The notes under the pieces were generated by a model that did no database searches, had not been told where the DNA came from, and worked only from the letters and a program-made list of their open reading frames with translations. From Candidatus Lloydbacteria bacterium (GTDB lineage Bacteria > Patescibacteriota > Minisyncoccia > Phycocordibacterales > 21-14-all-47-15): a stretch of 64,000 bases of DNA. Shown one piece after another: positions 27,378 through 37,894 of the stretch. The stretch lies in NCBI GenBank assembly GCA_016214545.1, contig JACROH010000001.1:116239-180238 (forward strand), read 5' to 3'. The translations under genes and the position numbers were made by a program. The first letter of the stretch is position 1; each line of letters starts with the position of its first letter.

Positions 27378-28025
27378 ATGGCACAAGAAACATCACAAGC
27401 AGTATGCAGAAAATGCCGGCGAGCCGGAGAAAAACTTTTCCTAAAAGGAGAGAAGTGTTTTACGCATAAGTGTATTTTTGAGCGGCGGCCTCATTCGCCG
27501 GGGATGTTAGACTCACAGCGCAAGCATCGTTCTACGGTGTCGGAATACGGCTCGCAATTGCGTGAAAAACAGAAAATCAAAAATGCATACGGATTGCGGG
27601 AACAACAGTTTGTGAATTATGTACGAAGCGCGTCCGGCAAGCGGGGAGGCGATCCGACAAAAGAACTGTTTTCTTCCCTTGAGTCGCGTTTAGACCGCGT
27701 GGTGTATCGGCTTGGACTTGCGTCGTCGCAAGCGATGGCGCGTCAGATGGTCGGGCATGGGCACGTGCTGGTAAACGGAAAGCGGACAACCGTGCCGTCT
27801 TATCGCTTGCGAAGCGGCGACACTGTAAGCGTTCGGCAGGGGAGCAAAGATTCGCCGCTCTTTGTCGGTGATGCGGTAAAAAATCGCGTTGAAAAGCAGC
27901 TGTTGCCGCCGTGGCTTTCCTTTGATGCGAAAAAATTTGAAGGGTCGGTGCGCGCGCATCCGTCGCTTGATGCGACTGTGATGCCGTACGATTTGAAAGC
28001 GGTTATTGAATTTTACAGCCGATAA
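27378..28025 (+). CDS. rpsD: 30S ribosomal protein S4
   Basis: CRKCRR..EKLFLKG.KC, SEYG.QLREKQK, LESRLD..VYRLG, IEFYSR. Confidence 0.97.
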   Translation: MAQETSQAVCRKCRRAGEKLFLKGEKCFTHKCIFERRPHSPGMLDSQRKHRSTVSEYGSQLREKQKIKNAYGLREQQFVNYVRSASGKRGGDPTKELFSSLESRLDRVVYRLGLASSQAMARQMVGHGHVLVNGKRTTVPSYRLRSGDTVSVRQGSKDSPLFVGDAVKNRVEKQLLPPWLSFDAKKFEGSVRAHPSLDATVMPYDLKAVIEFYSR

Positions 28026-28090
28026 AAAACCCTAAAGAATTTAAAAAACCACTCTATTATAAATTATACGATTATTTCAATACAATTATT

Positions 28091-29092
28091 ATGTCAGAGC
28101 ACAACATCATCTTACCCTCAAAGCCGAAGATTGTTTCCGAAGAAGGTTTCGCGGGAGTCTATGAAATAGACGGCTTGTATCCGGGATATGGACACACGCT
28201 GGGGAATTCATTGCGAAGAATCATTCTTTCTTCGTTGCCCGGAGCTGCGATTACTTCGGTAAAAATCGATGGCGTAAGTCATGAATTTTCCACATTGGAA
28301 GGCATGAAAGAAGACGTTATTGTGCTCCTGCTCCATTTAAAGAAGGTGCGTTTCAAGATGGTCTCAAATGAGCCTCAAACGGCGACCATTTCGGTAAAGG
28401 GCGCAAAAAACATAACTGCCGGAGACATAAAAACTCCGGGGCAGCTTGAAGTGTTGAATCCGGATCTCCCTGTCGCGACGCTGACCGATAAAAAATCGGA
28501 ATTGCATGTTGAGCTCCGCGTTGAAAAAGGGCTTGGGTATATACCCAAAGAAGTGTTGCAGGAAGGAAAAGTCGATGTTGGGGTGATTGCCGTTGATGCG
28601 TCTTTCACTCCCATTCGTCGGGTAAGCTACGAAGTTGAAAATATGCGCGTTGGCGACAGGACCGACTATAATCGTCTGCGAATCTCTATTGAAACGGATG
28701 GCACCATCACTCCACATGAAGCTTTGGAAAAATCAATCATTATCATGATTGAGCAGTTGAAAGCCATTGTTGGATTTCAGGAAGAAGCTCCGTTTGTCGC
28801 CGCTTCGTCGGGAGAATCAATTACTGATTCCGAGCAAAAAAACGAGTTGTCGGCGTCGAGTGAAACAAAAAAGTCGACAAAAGCGCCGGATACTGAATTT
28901 TTAAAGACCCGTATCGAAAAATTGCCGTTCTCGACACGTACCATGAATGCTCTTGATACGGCAAATATCAGAACGGTTGGCGGATTGGTCAGAAAAAAGG
29001 AAGAAGATTTGAAAGTTATTAGCGGACTCGGCACCAAAGGTATCGAAGAAATAAAAGAAGTGCTTGGAACGTACGGGATAACGTTGAAATAG
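28091..29092 (+). CDS. rpoA: RNA polymerase alpha subunit
   Basis: GYGHTLGNSLRRIILSSLPGAA, HEFST, VENMRVG..TD; alpha-CTD present. Confidence 0.98.
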   Translation: MSEHNIILPSKPKIVSEEGFAGVYEIDGLYPGYGHTLGNSLRRIILSSLPGAAITSVKIDGVSHEFSTLEGMKEDVIVLLLHLKKVRFKMVSNEPQTATISVKGAKNITAGDIKTPGQLEVLNPDLPVATLTDKKSELHVELRVEKGLGYIPKEVLQEGKVDVGVIAVDASFTPIRRVSYEVENMRVGDRTDYNRLRISIETDGTITPHEALEKSIIIMIEQLKAIVGFQEEAPFVAASSGESITDSEQKNELSASSETKKSTKAPDTEFLKTRIEKLPFSTRTMNALDTANIRTVGGLVRKKEEDLKVISGLGTKGIEEIKEVLGTYGITLK

Positions 29093-29121
29093 CCAAGAAA
29101 GAAGAAAAATAGAAACAGCAT

Positions 29122-29481
29122 ATGAGGCACCATAATACCATACGAAAATTTGGACGAGTAAAGAATCAGCGTGAGGCGCTGCTTCGTTCCCTTGCCCGCG
29201 CACTTATTATCGAAGGGAAGATAGTAACCACTGAGGCAAAGGCAAAAGAATTGCGTCCGTTTATAGAAAAGCTGGTCACCAAGGCGAAACAAGCGACCCT
29301 TGTTTCGCGACGGTTGATTATTGCGCGGCTTGGCGGCGGAGGGAAAAAGAAGCCTGCAAAAATGCTTATTGATGACATTGCGCCAAAGTATAAAAATCGA
29401 CCGGGCGGTTATACGCGCATTATTAAAATGATGCCGCGCAAAAGTGACGCGAGCAAAATGGCTGTTATTGAATTTGTATAA
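29122..29481 (+). CDS. rplQ: 50S ribosomal protein L17
   Basis: MRH, I.TTEAKAKELR, RPGGYTRI. Confidence 0.97.
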   Translation: MRHHNTIRKFGRVKNQREALLRSLARALIIEGKIVTTEAKAKELRPFIEKLVTKAKQATLVSRRLIIARLGGGGKKKPAKMLIDDIAPKYKNRPGGYTRIIKMMPRKSDASKMAVIEFV

Positions 29482-29490
29482 TTTTTATAT

Positions 29491-29844
29491 ATGGAAACAC
29501 CCCTTCACACATTAGATGCCACGGAAAAATCAATCGGACGCGTAGCCAGTGCCGCCGCGACCATTTTAATGGGGAAGCATACGCCGGCGTTTAAAAAGAA
29601 CGTAGTTTCAAAAGAACGAGTGCATATTATCAATGCCTCCAAGGCGCGATTCTCACAGAAGAAATTAAAAGGAAAAGTGTACGTGCACTATACTGGAAGC
29701 CCGGGCGGTTTAAAAATGCGCCATGCTGAAAAAGTTATCGAACAAAAAGGGTATTCTGAATTATTCAAAAAGGCGGTCTATGGGATGCTCCCTTCGAATA
29801 AATTGCGCACCGAGCGCATGAAGCTTTTGCGTGTGACCGAATAA
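29491..29844 (+). CDS. rplM: 50S ribosomal protein L13 (short)
   Basis: DA....GRVAS..A..LMGKH, Y.HYTG.PGGLK, AVYGMLP.N.L. Confidence 0.93.
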   Translation: METPLHTLDATEKSIGRVASAAATILMGKHTPAFKKNVVSKERVHIINASKARFSQKKLKGKVYVHYTGSPGGLKMRHAEKVIEQKGYSELFKKAVYGMLPSNKLRTERMKLLRVTE

Positions 29845-29855
29845 TACTGATATTT

Positions 29856-30266
29856 ATGGCAACAAAATTAAAAAAAGAAACAGAAAAATACATTGAGACG
29901 GTCGGCAGGCGCAAAACGGCAACGGCGCGCGTGCGTATTACCCCTGCGGTCAAACAATCGGTTGTTGTGAACGGCAAACCGCTTGCGGAATACTTTAAGA
30001 CCAAGGAATTGCAAGAGTCGGTGCTTGATGCGCTCGGCAAAGCGAAGGAGATTTTTTCCGTTGTGGCACAGGTGAATGGCGGCGGTATTACCGGGCAGGC
30101 AGAGGCGGTGCGTCATGGAATCGCGCGTGCGTTGGTTGCCCATAATGAAGAATTGCGCAAAAAATTGAAGCGTGCCGGGTATTTGAAGCGTGACCCGCGA
30201 ATGAAAGAGCGAAGAAAATTCGGACTCAAGAAGGCCCGCAAGAGCCCTCAGTGGAGCAAGCGTTAA
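29856..30266 (+). CDS. rpsI: 30S ribosomal protein S9
   Basis: GRRKTATARV, GGG..GQAEAVRHGIARAL, RDPR.KERRK.GLKKARK.PQWSKR. Confidence 0.98.
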   Translation: MATKLKKETEKYIETVGRRKTATARVRITPAVKQSVVVNGKPLAEYFKTKELQESVLDALGKAKEIFSVVAQVNGGGITGQAEAVRHGIARALVAHNEELRKKLKRAGYLKRDPRMKERRKFGLKKARKSPQWSKR

Positions 30267-30399
30267 TATAGCGGTTCAAGAGAATTGCAAAAAAGCGGAA
30301 CGAGAAATCGTTTCGTTTTTTTAATGCGTAGGTTTTTTCTGCAAGGAAATAAAAAACCCGTAAGCGCAAGCGCTTACGGGGGAGCGGGGTTATTGTGAC

Positions 30400-30681
30400 T
30401 TAAACGGGATTGGTCGACACGTGCTCTCTCTTTCTACAGAGAGTTCCGCCGTGTATCTTGGGCTTTCCTCGACGCTGCTCTTTTTCTTGTATTCTTGCTA
30501 TTGAGTCGGCCAGATTGCGGCATTTTTCACATGCATTGAGGATTGTTGTCTGCAATCCCAGCATGCGCGGCGTGTTGCCGCATTTCGCGCACTTTTTGTT
30601 CAGCACACTGGCGCTTTCTTCTTTTACCGTCGTCTCATTAGCTGCGATTTCTGGATCAGCAAACCTTCTTTTCATGCTCAT
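30400..30681 (-). CDS. hypothetical protein with two CxxC motifs
   Basis: CAKC/CEKC; AAAGGAAAGGA SD upstream; hairpin at about 30351-30380. Confidence 0.55.
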   Translation of the reverse strand: MSMKRRFADPEIAANETTVKEESASVLNKKCAKCGNTPRMLGLQTTILNACEKCRNLADSIARIQEKEQRRGKPKIHGGTLCRKREHVSTNPV

Positions 30682-30808
30682 GTCAGAGTCCTTTCCTTTG
30701 GGTTGGTTTTATTTTATACAGGTACAAACAAAGTGCCTCTGACACCATAACATGCATATAAAAAAATGCAAGTACCCGTCCTTTTTTTAGACTATCCCCA
30801 AAAGGTTG

Positions 30809-31357
30809 TTACAAATATGCTTGCGCGGAAGTTTCTTCTTGCCGGTGGAAAATCTCAAAAAATTTTGCCAGTTCAGGAAGGAAATCTTTCTCCCATGGCA
30901 TAAGATTTTCTCCGTAGGCGAGGCGTTTTTCGGGCGGAATATGCTCAAGCAAGGCATGCGCTTTTGAGCACCATACCACGATCTCTCGCGCGGAAGCGGT
31001 CTGGCCGTTCGAGGCTTCTCTTAAGAGGCCAATCCTCGGGTTGACACGACCGATTATTTTTCCGAATCGTATGGCTGATTCCAATACGCCAACGCTTGGC
31101 GGTGGTATTTTTGTTCGAAATTCCGGATGGGCAATTCTTTCAAAATGCATAATAATCGGCGGAAAAAATTTCAAGAGGTCTCGGTAGAGACCCCGAGGAA
31201 TTTCTCCGAACGCGGGTTTTTCCCCCGACTTTGATACCGCACATATTTTTTCAGTCTCAAGCATGTGCTGTATCGCGTCTCTTATGCATACGGCTCCGTA
31301 TGCTCCGATGATGGGGGGCCAGCAGAAATCTTTATTCAATGACAATATCATCTCCAT
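30809..31357 (-). CDS. hypothetical protein
   Basis: 182-aa ORF with GAAAGGA SD and a TTGCAT-16-TATGCT promoter. Confidence 0.55.
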   Translation of the reverse strand: MEMILSLNKDFCWPPIIGAYGAVCIRDAIQHMLETEKICAVSKSGEKPAFGEIPRGLYRDLLKFFPPIIMHFERIAHPEFRTKIPPPSVGVLESAIRFGKIIGRVNPRIGLLREASNGQTASAREIVVWCSKAHALLEHIPPEKRLAYGENLMPWEKDFLPELAKFFEIFHRQEETSAQAYL

Positions 31358-31434
31358 GCGCGTGGTATCCTTTCAAGAAGTGGTGTGATGACAATGAAAT
31401 GAACCCCTGTATCTCTTTAGGAGCATACGATATT

Positions 31435-31974
31435 ATGACCAATATGCAACTGCGCCATATTCTTAGCGATTCTTTTTTTTGCCGCGATACGCGTATTGTC
31501 GCGCGGGAGCTTTTGGGGAAATTTTTAGTGCGCCGTATAGGAAAAGAAGAAATAGCGCTCATGATTACCGAAACGGAAGCGTATGACGGTCCGCATGACA
31601 AAGCGTCGCATGCGCATCGCGGAGAAACGCCCCGCAACGAGGTGATGTTTCGGGAAGCCGGATTTTGGTATGTGTATTTGGTGTACGGGGTGTACCACAT
31701 GCTGAATATTGTGACGGGGGAAAGGGGGTATCCCGCGGCAGTACTTATTCGCGGAGCGGGGGAGTACGATGGTCCCGGGAAATTGACGAAAGCGCTCCGT
31801 ATCAACCGACAACAAAACGGCAAAAAAGCGAGGCGGTCAAGCGGACTTTGGATTGAAGACCGAGGGGTTGTCATCCCAAAGCTGGGAATACAAAAAGCAC
31901 CTCGCATCGGGGTTGCATACGCGGAGGAATGGGCAAAAAAACCGTATCGGTTTCTTTTGAGGGCCGGAGAATAA
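31435..31974 (+). CDS. mpg: DNA-3-methyladenine glycosylase (MPG/AAG family)
   Basis: [48 protein letters not shown]; start uncertain (31435 or 31444). Confidence 0.92.
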   Translation: MTNMQLRHILSDSFFCRDTRIVARELLGKFLVRRIGKEEIALMITETEAYDGPHDKASHAHRGETPRNEVMFREAGFWYVYLVYGVYHMLNIVTGERGYPAAVLIRGAGEYDGPGKLTKALRINRQQNGKKARRSSGLWIEDRGVVIPKLGIQKAPRIGVAYAEEWAKKPYRFLLRAGE

Positions 31975-32018
31975 AAAAGAGTCTGCCAATGGTATTGGCA
32001 GACTCTGAACACTTTCTT

Positions 32019-32330
32019 TTACGGATCGGGGAGCAAATTGTCGTTTCGTTCTCGGGCCATATTCTGGGCCTCTTTTTTTTGTTGGTCGGTCCTGTGTTGA
32101 GACCGGCGAATAACATTTGCGATTTTCACTCCTCTTTTTACGGCTGCTCCGCGCCTTCCTAGCTCACTGCAGATGGCATGGTAATGGGCAGTATTATCGC
32201 TCATTTTTTCTTGAGCGAGTACTTGCTTTACCGCTGCTGTTATTTCCAAACCATCTGATTTTCTCAATGCCGCCGCTTTGTCGGCGAGTCTTTTTACAAC
32301 ATTGCTGTCAATTCTGAGTCTCTTCACCAC
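32019..32330 (-). CDS. hypothetical protein
   Basis: GTG start with AAAGGAGGAG SD and a TTGACA-17-TACTAT promoter. Confidence 0.6.
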   Translation of the reverse strand: MVKRLRIDSNVVKRLADKAAALRKSDGLEITAAVKQVLAQEKMSDNTAHYHAICSELGRRGAAVKRGVKIANVIRRSQHRTDQQKKEAQNMARERNDNLLPDP

Positions 32331-32517
32331 TGGCTCCTCCTTTGTTTTGTGATTGATGTGAAATACAATGGGTATTCTTTATATATAGTAACCTAATCTA
32401 TATATTTTGTCAAATATTTTACAGCTCACTAAGCAGTCTTTTCCGTTATCTGCAATAGTTGAGACCGTAAAAAGGTTGCCGTTTTTTATGTTTTTATGCG
32501 CCGTCGGGAGAGTTTAA

Positions 32518-32967
32518 TTAAAAAAGAGAATCAACGACCTCTTTAACGTCGGCCCCGTCGGCTTTTCCGGCAGTCTCTTTCATGATGGCGCCCATGAGGA
32601 TTCCTTTTTTTGAAGCATCAGTAATTCCGAGTGCTGTCTTTTTTGCTTCGGCGATTTTTCGGATTTCATCTTTTCCCATCATGGTGGGGAGATAGACTTC
32701 AATAATACGTAATTCCGCTTCCTCGGCTTTTACCAGGTCTCCGCGGCCGCCTTGTCTAAATTGCTCAATGGAGTCTTTTCGTTGTTTGACTTGGCGTTTA
32801 ATGACGGCGAGGGCATCGATGTCGGAAATGGCCTCTTGAGGCGGTTTGCCTTTTGCAACAAGCTCGTTGGTAAACGCAGCGAGCAACCCCCGGAGCGCGT
32901 CTCGTTTCAAGGTGTCTTTTGAAAGCATTGCTTGTTTCATTTCTTCTTTAATTTGTATCTGAAGCAT
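32518..32967 (-). CDS. yqeY: GatB/YqeY domain protein
   Basis: MKQAM..KD, KQRKDSIEQF..GGR.DL...E.AE, YLP, GKADG. Confidence 0.9.
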   Translation of the reverse strand: MLQIQIKEEMKQAMLSKDTLKRDALRGLLAAFTNELVAKGKPPQEAISDIDALAVIKRQVKQRKDSIEQFRQGGRGDLVKAEEAELRIIEVYLPTMMGKDEIRKIAEAKKTALGITDASKKGILMGAIMKETAGKADGADVKEVVDSLF

Positions 32968-33053
32968 ATAAATTCAGTATAGCATACCGTGTTTGAAATG
33001 GATTCGTGCCAATGACAGTTGCCTTTTTTGTTTTTCATAGTATAATTATTTTT

Positions 33054-33492
33054 GGCTTTGTGTCGGGTAGTTGCCCCGCTCCGCGAAAAGCGGGACGGGG
33101 AGGAAAGTCCGAACACGGGCGCGTTGAAAGACGCGCGAGCAGGGTAGCGGGTAACGCCCGTCGTCCGCAAGGATAGAGGTGCGAGCAGAGACGCTTTGAT
33201 TCGAAAGGATCAAAGCTCCGACGGCAACGTCGGAGAGTCCCGATGGCAACATCGGGGGTGAAACGGCAAAATCCTTACCTCCGTGCAAGGCCGTGCCCCG
33301 CTTTTATGGCGGGGAGTGCCGCTTGAGGCGTTTGGCAACAAACGTCCCAGATAAATAACTATCGCCGAGCACCACTTTTGACGAAAGGTTTAGGTGTTAA
33401 AAAGTGATTCTGTGAGAATCACTTTTAATAACAGCTTTATTTTGTTTCAAAAGTGGTGCTCGGTACAGAATTCGGCTTATAGACACAAAGCC
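33054..33492 (+). ncRNA. rnpB: RNase P RNA
   Basis: GAGGAAAGTCC (CR-I) and ACAGAATTCGGCTTAT (CR-V); P1 GGCTTTGTGTC/GACACAAAGCC; GGGTGAAACGGC; hairpin terminator at about 33506-33540. Confidence 0.95.
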
Positions 33493-33737
33493 TTGAAGAT
33501 TCATGAAAACCCGCGGCGCGTTAGCGCGCCGCGGGTTTTCGCGAGAGGAAAATTCTTTTCGGGGAAGATTTTAATCAGCTATTCTGTTTGTCCACATAAG
33601 AGTCTATTTAAAATCTAAGACTGGGCATTGTGTAAAATACATAATTTCTTTATACTATTGGTATCCTTGCTTTGCGCGATTGGGGGCATCTCCCGCTTGC
33701 GTTTATTATTACTATATTATTTTTTATCGTCACTTTT

Positions 33738-36170
33738 ATGGATATTAAATTTCCTGTTCAAAAGCCTGAAATGTATCGCCCTGCCGATGCGTTGCCGCCA
33801 AACGAGGCGTCTGTCTCGCCGATTGGCGGCGAGCAGAAAGAAGACATGCTTGATACGATTTCTTTTTGGATAGTGCTCGGTCTCGCCTTTTTACTGCCGA
33901 TATTTTTTCTTCCGATCGGACACCTATCGATTTTGTTCAGCAAGAATATTCTTCTTAGTATGGCGATGTTCATTACGTCGACCCTGTGGTTTTTTGCCCG
34001 TCTCAAAAAAGGGGAATTTGTTATACCAAAGACTTTTCTTTTTGCCGCCGGCGCGATTATTCTTCTTGTCTTTTTAATATCGAGTTTTCTTTCGTCGGTG
34101 CCGCAGGTTTCTTTTTTGGGGGTTGGGTCTGAAATAGGCACCTTTTTCTCGCTTGCCATTCTGTTCTCGCTTTTCTTTTTCGCATCATTGTTTTTCCAAT
34201 CGAAAAAACGCATTCTCTTGCTTTATACGGCTCTTGCCGCGGCCTTTTTTGTGGTTGCCTTATTTCAAATCGTGCGTTTGTTTGGAGGGGTAACGGCAAT
34301 ACCGCTTGATTTCTTTGCCAATGCAACATCAAATCTTCTCGGCGGATGGAATGAGCTCGGTGTTTTTTTTGGAATGGCGGCCATATGGGCGCTCTTGTCT
34401 CTTGGAATGTTTTCATCGCACGGACGTTTCCGATGGTTTTTGTATTTTTTGCTTGCCGCCTCGCTCTTTCTCGTGGGAGTTGTTAATTTTACGCTTGTGT
34501 GGGAAGTGTTGGGCTTCTTTGCCTTGGTAATATTCGTATACACGTTTTCATTTAAAAAAGATTTTGGGCGAATCGGCGGCAGCACAGAGAAATTGCGCGG
34601 GGTTCCGATTGCGCCGCTGGTTCTTTTGGGGCTTTCGGTTCTTGCTATTTTAGGGTCTTCGTTTGTTGGAAATTTTGTTTCATCAAAATTCCACATTGAG
34701 TATGTCGAAGCGCGCCCGACGTTAGGGACAACGGTTATGCTCTTTAAAGAGACCATTGCCGAGCATCCGATCTTTGGTATTGGTCCAAACCGCTTTATCA
34801 ATCAATGGCTCTTGTCAAAGCCCGATGGTGTGAACGCGTCTCCTTTCTGGGATGTTAATTTTTCTTTTGGCATAAGCACCATTGCTACCTTTGCGATAAC
34901 CACGGGGATTGCCGGTTTATTGGCGTGGATTGTTTTCTTGGGCGGCATTATTCTTGTCGGGTTTCGTACCCTTTTCGCCTTTTCTGCCGACCGACTTTCT
35001 CATTACCTTGTCGTCTCTTCTTTCTTCCTCTCACTCTACCTGTGGATATTTATGTTCTTGTACGTGCCAAGCAATGCGATGGTTGCTCTTACTTTTCTTG
35101 TAACCGGAGCATGGATAGGGCTCCTTACCTCGCTTGGGATCTACAAGCAGTTTCGTTTTTCATTTGCAAAAAATCCGCAGCGGAGTTTTGTTTCCGTGCT
35201 GACACTCCTCGTTTTGATTATTGGTTCAATTACCGGCGGCTACATGATGTGGCAAAAATTTAATGCGGCCGTTTTGTTTGAGAAAAGCGCCGTCTCATTT
35301 GCTTCCGGTGATATAGCCGATGCGTCGGCGTCAATGAATCGCGCCGCTAAGCTCGGAAATCATGCGGTTTATTATCGTTCGCTTGCCGACCTCAATATTG
35401 CCGAACTTGGCGTTATTATTAATGAAAAAAATCTCTCGGTAGACGAAGCGCGCTCTCGGTTTCAAACGACTCTCGGTTTAGCTATCGATAATGCTCGGCA
35501 GGCAATCATGTACGACCCGACTGATTATCTCAACCTTATTTCGCTTGCGCGCGTGTATGAATCGGTCGTTCCGCTTGGTATCGCAGGGGCTTATGATAAT
35601 GCGAAACGGGCGTATGAAGAGGCGCTGAAATATAATCCAAAAAGCCCTGTGATGGAGCTTAATCTCGCGCGGCTCGCGTTATCGCAGGGAACCAAGGGGC
35701 ACGACGAAGCGCGGGCGCATATCGCACAAGCGCTGGCGCTTAAAAATAATTATACGGATGCAATATTTCTTTTGTCGCGGATTGAGGCGGATGAAGGAAA
35801 AATTGCCGATGCTATTTCCTCTGCTGAGATTGCTTCGCTTATCTCGCCCAACGATACCGGCCTCTTTTTGCACCTCGGATTGCTTCGATATACAAATAAA
35901 GATTACGAAGGCGCCATCTCAGCTCTTGAGCGGGCGGTTCAATTACAGCCAAATTATGCCAACGCAAAATATTTTCTCGGCTTAAGTTATGCGCAGGTCG
36001 GCAAAACCTTCAATGCCATCATTCAATTTGAAGATATTGCCAAATCAAATCCTGAGAACTCCGATGTGAAAAAAATTATTGCGAATTTAAGAGCCGGAAA
36101 GGCGGCTTTTGCCGCCGGAGAAGCGCCGACTCCGGATAAAAGAAAAACGCCCCCCATTCAAGAGCAATAA
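33738..36170 (+). CDS. O-antigen-ligase-like polytopic membrane protein with C-terminal TPR repeats
   Basis: Many TM helices; PIFGIGPNRF motif; TPRs (LERAVQLQPNYANAKYFLG). Confidence 0.75.
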   Translation: MDIKFPVQKPEMYRPADALPPNEASVSPIGGEQKEDMLDTISFWIVLGLAFLLPIFFLPIGHLSILFSKNILLSMAMFITSTLWFFARLKKGEFVIPKTFLFAAGAIILLVFLISSFLSSVPQVSFLGVGSEIGTFFSLAILFSLFFFASLFFQSKKRILLLYTALAAAFFVVALFQIVRLFGGVTAIPLDFFANATSNLLGGWNELGVFFGMAAIWALLSLGMFSSHGRFRWFLYFLLAASLFLVGVVNFTLVWEVLGFFALVIFVYTFSFKKDFGRIGGSTEKLRGVPIAPLVLLGLSVLAILGSSFVGNFVSSKFHIEYVEARPTLGTTVMLFKETIAEHPIFGIGPNRFINQWLLSKPDGVNASPFWDVNFSFGISTIATFAITTGIAGLLAWIVFLGGIILVGFRTLFAFSADRLSHYLVVSSFFLSLYLWIFMFLYVPSNAMVALTFLVTGAWIGLLTSLGIYKQFRFSFAKNPQRSFVSVLTLLVLIIGSITGGYMMWQKFNAAVLFEKSAVSFASGDIADASASMNRAAKLGNHAVYYRSLADLNIAELGVIINEKNLSVDEARSRFQTTLGLAIDNARQAIMYDPTDYLNLISLARVYESVVPLGIAGAYDNAKRAYEEALKYNPKSPVMELNLARLALSQGTKGHDEARAHIAQALALKNNYTDAIFLLSRIEADEGKIADAISSAEIASLISPNDTGLFLHLGLLRYTNKDYEGAISALERAVQLQPNYANAKYFLGLSYAQVGKTFNAIIQFEDIAKSNPENSDVKKIIANLRAGKAAFAAGEAPTPDKRKTPPIQEQ

Positions 36171-36202
36171 TTTCAACCCGCTCTCTTTGAGTAATCGCAT
36201 CA

Positions 36203-37882
36203 ATGGTTAGACAATTTTTTACTGTTTTTCACAAAGAATGGAGCGGTCTTCACGAGGCCGCTTATCTTCTCGGGCTTTTCGCGTTTTTATCGCAGGTTCT
36301 TGCGTTGTTTCGTGACCGCTTGCTTGCCGGATCGTTTGGTGCGGGGGCCAATCTTGATATTTATTATACGGCTTTCCGTATCCCCGATTTTTTGTATATT
36401 GCCGTTGCGTCACTCGTATCAGTGACCGTTCTTGTTCCATTTTTTATTAAACATCTCGAAACCGAGAATACAGGCTCCGCGAAGAAATTTATCAATGATG
36501 TTTTCACGGTATTTTTTCTTGTGCTGGTTGGGGTGAGTATCGTTACGTTTCTCTTGATGCCGTGGCTGGTGAAGCTGATTGCTCCCGGGTTTCTTTCGTC
36601 CCAACATGAAACATTGATTTTTTTGTCGCGCGTACTGCTTCTTTCACCGCTTTTGCTCGGCCTTTCAAATTTGTTCGGGTCGATTACTCAATCGTACCGT
36701 CAATTTTTTGTTTATGCCTTGAGCCCGATTCTTTACAATATCGGGATCATTGTGGGTATCATTTTTTGGTCTCCGGCTCACGGCATAGCCGGTGTGGTGT
36801 ATGGGGTCCTCTTGGGCGCTCTTTTGCACCTGTTGGTGCAAATCCCCGCAGTGGCAAAAAAGGGGCTCCTTCCGTCTTTCTCTTTCCGTATTAATTTGCA
36901 GGAAATAAAAGAAGTAACGCTTTTGTCTTTGCCCAGAACCTTTGTGCTCTCGACGCAGCAGTTAATCATGATTATTTTTCTTGCACTAGCCTCGTTGCTC
37001 GGAGAAGGGGCGATTTCGGTGCTCAAATTCTCTTTTAACTTGCAATCGGTTCCGCTTTCCATTATCGGGGTGAGCTATTCGGTGGCGGCGTTCCCGACAC
37101 TGGCTCAACTTTTTTCCAATGGAGACAAGGAAGCTTTTGCAAAACAAATCATGGTGGCGGCCAAGCATATTATTTTCTGGTCGCTGCCGGTGCTCGTGCT
37201 TTTTATCGTGCTTCGCGCGCAGATCGTGAGAAGTGTTTTGGGAACCGGTGCGTTCGGATGGACTGAAACACGCCTAACAGCGGCGGCGCTTGCGCTCTTT
37301 GCGGTCTCTATTGTTGCGCAAAGTCTTGTCTTTCTTTTTGTGCGCGGCTACTATGCATCAAATCATACGCAAAAACCGGTTATTATTAACAGCGTTGCCG
37401 CCATTATCACGGTCGCGCTGGCTTTTTTCTTGCTGAAATTTTTTGAAGCAAATAATTTTTTTCGGTTTTTTGTCGAAGACCTGTTTCGTGTTTCCGATGT
37501 TGCCCATACGTCCGTGCTGATGCTCCCGCTGGCGTTTTCTATCGGCTCGATTGTGAATGCACTCCTATTTTGGGTTATTTTCAAAAAAGATTTTCCCGCT
37601 TTTTCAATGTCTATGGCGTATTCGCTCTATCATAGTTTTGCCGGCTCGGTGGCAATGGGTTTTGTGGCGTATCAAATGCTTGGCGTGCTCGATAATTTTT
37701 TTGACGTCACGACTTTTTGGGGTATCTTATTGCAGGGGTTTTTTGCGGGGGTTGCGGGCATCATTGTCGGCGTTTGTCTGCTTTATGTGCTTGAAAATAA
37801 AGAAGTCAGAGAAATTTGGGAATCCTTTCATCATAAATTCTGGAAAGCGAAAGTGGTTGCGCCGGACCAGCCGGAACTGTAA
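36203..37882 (+). CDS. murJ: lipid II flippase MurJ
   Basis: L.LFRDRLLA..FGAG..LD.YY.AFRIPD, P.LYNIG, AAFPTL. Confidence 0.9.
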   Translation: MVRQFFTVFHKEWSGLHEAAYLLGLFAFLSQVLALFRDRLLAGSFGAGANLDIYYTAFRIPDFLYIAVASLVSVTVLVPFFIKHLETENTGSAKKFINDVFTVFFLVLVGVSIVTFLLMPWLVKLIAPGFLSSQHETLIFLSRVLLLSPLLLGLSNLFGSITQSYRQFFVYALSPILYNIGIIVGIIFWSPAHGIAGVVYGVLLGALLHLLVQIPAVAKKGLLPSFSFRINLQEIKEVTLLSLPRTFVLSTQQLIMIIFLALASLLGEGAISVLKFSFNLQSVPLSIIGVSYSVAAFPTLAQLFSNGDKEAFAKQIMVAAKHIIFWSLPVLVLFIVLRAQIVRSVLGTGAFGWTETRLTAAALALFAVSIVAQSLVFLFVRGYYASNHTQKPVIINSVAAIITVALAFFLLKFFEANNFFRFFVEDLFRVSDVAHTSVLMLPLAFSIGSIVNALLFWVIFKKDFPAFSMSMAYSLYHSFAGSVAMGFVAYQMLGVLDNFFDVTTFWGILLQGFFAGVAGIIVGVCLLYVLENKEVREIWESFHHKFWKAKVVAPDQPEL

Positions 37883-37894
37883 CCTATCACTAAC

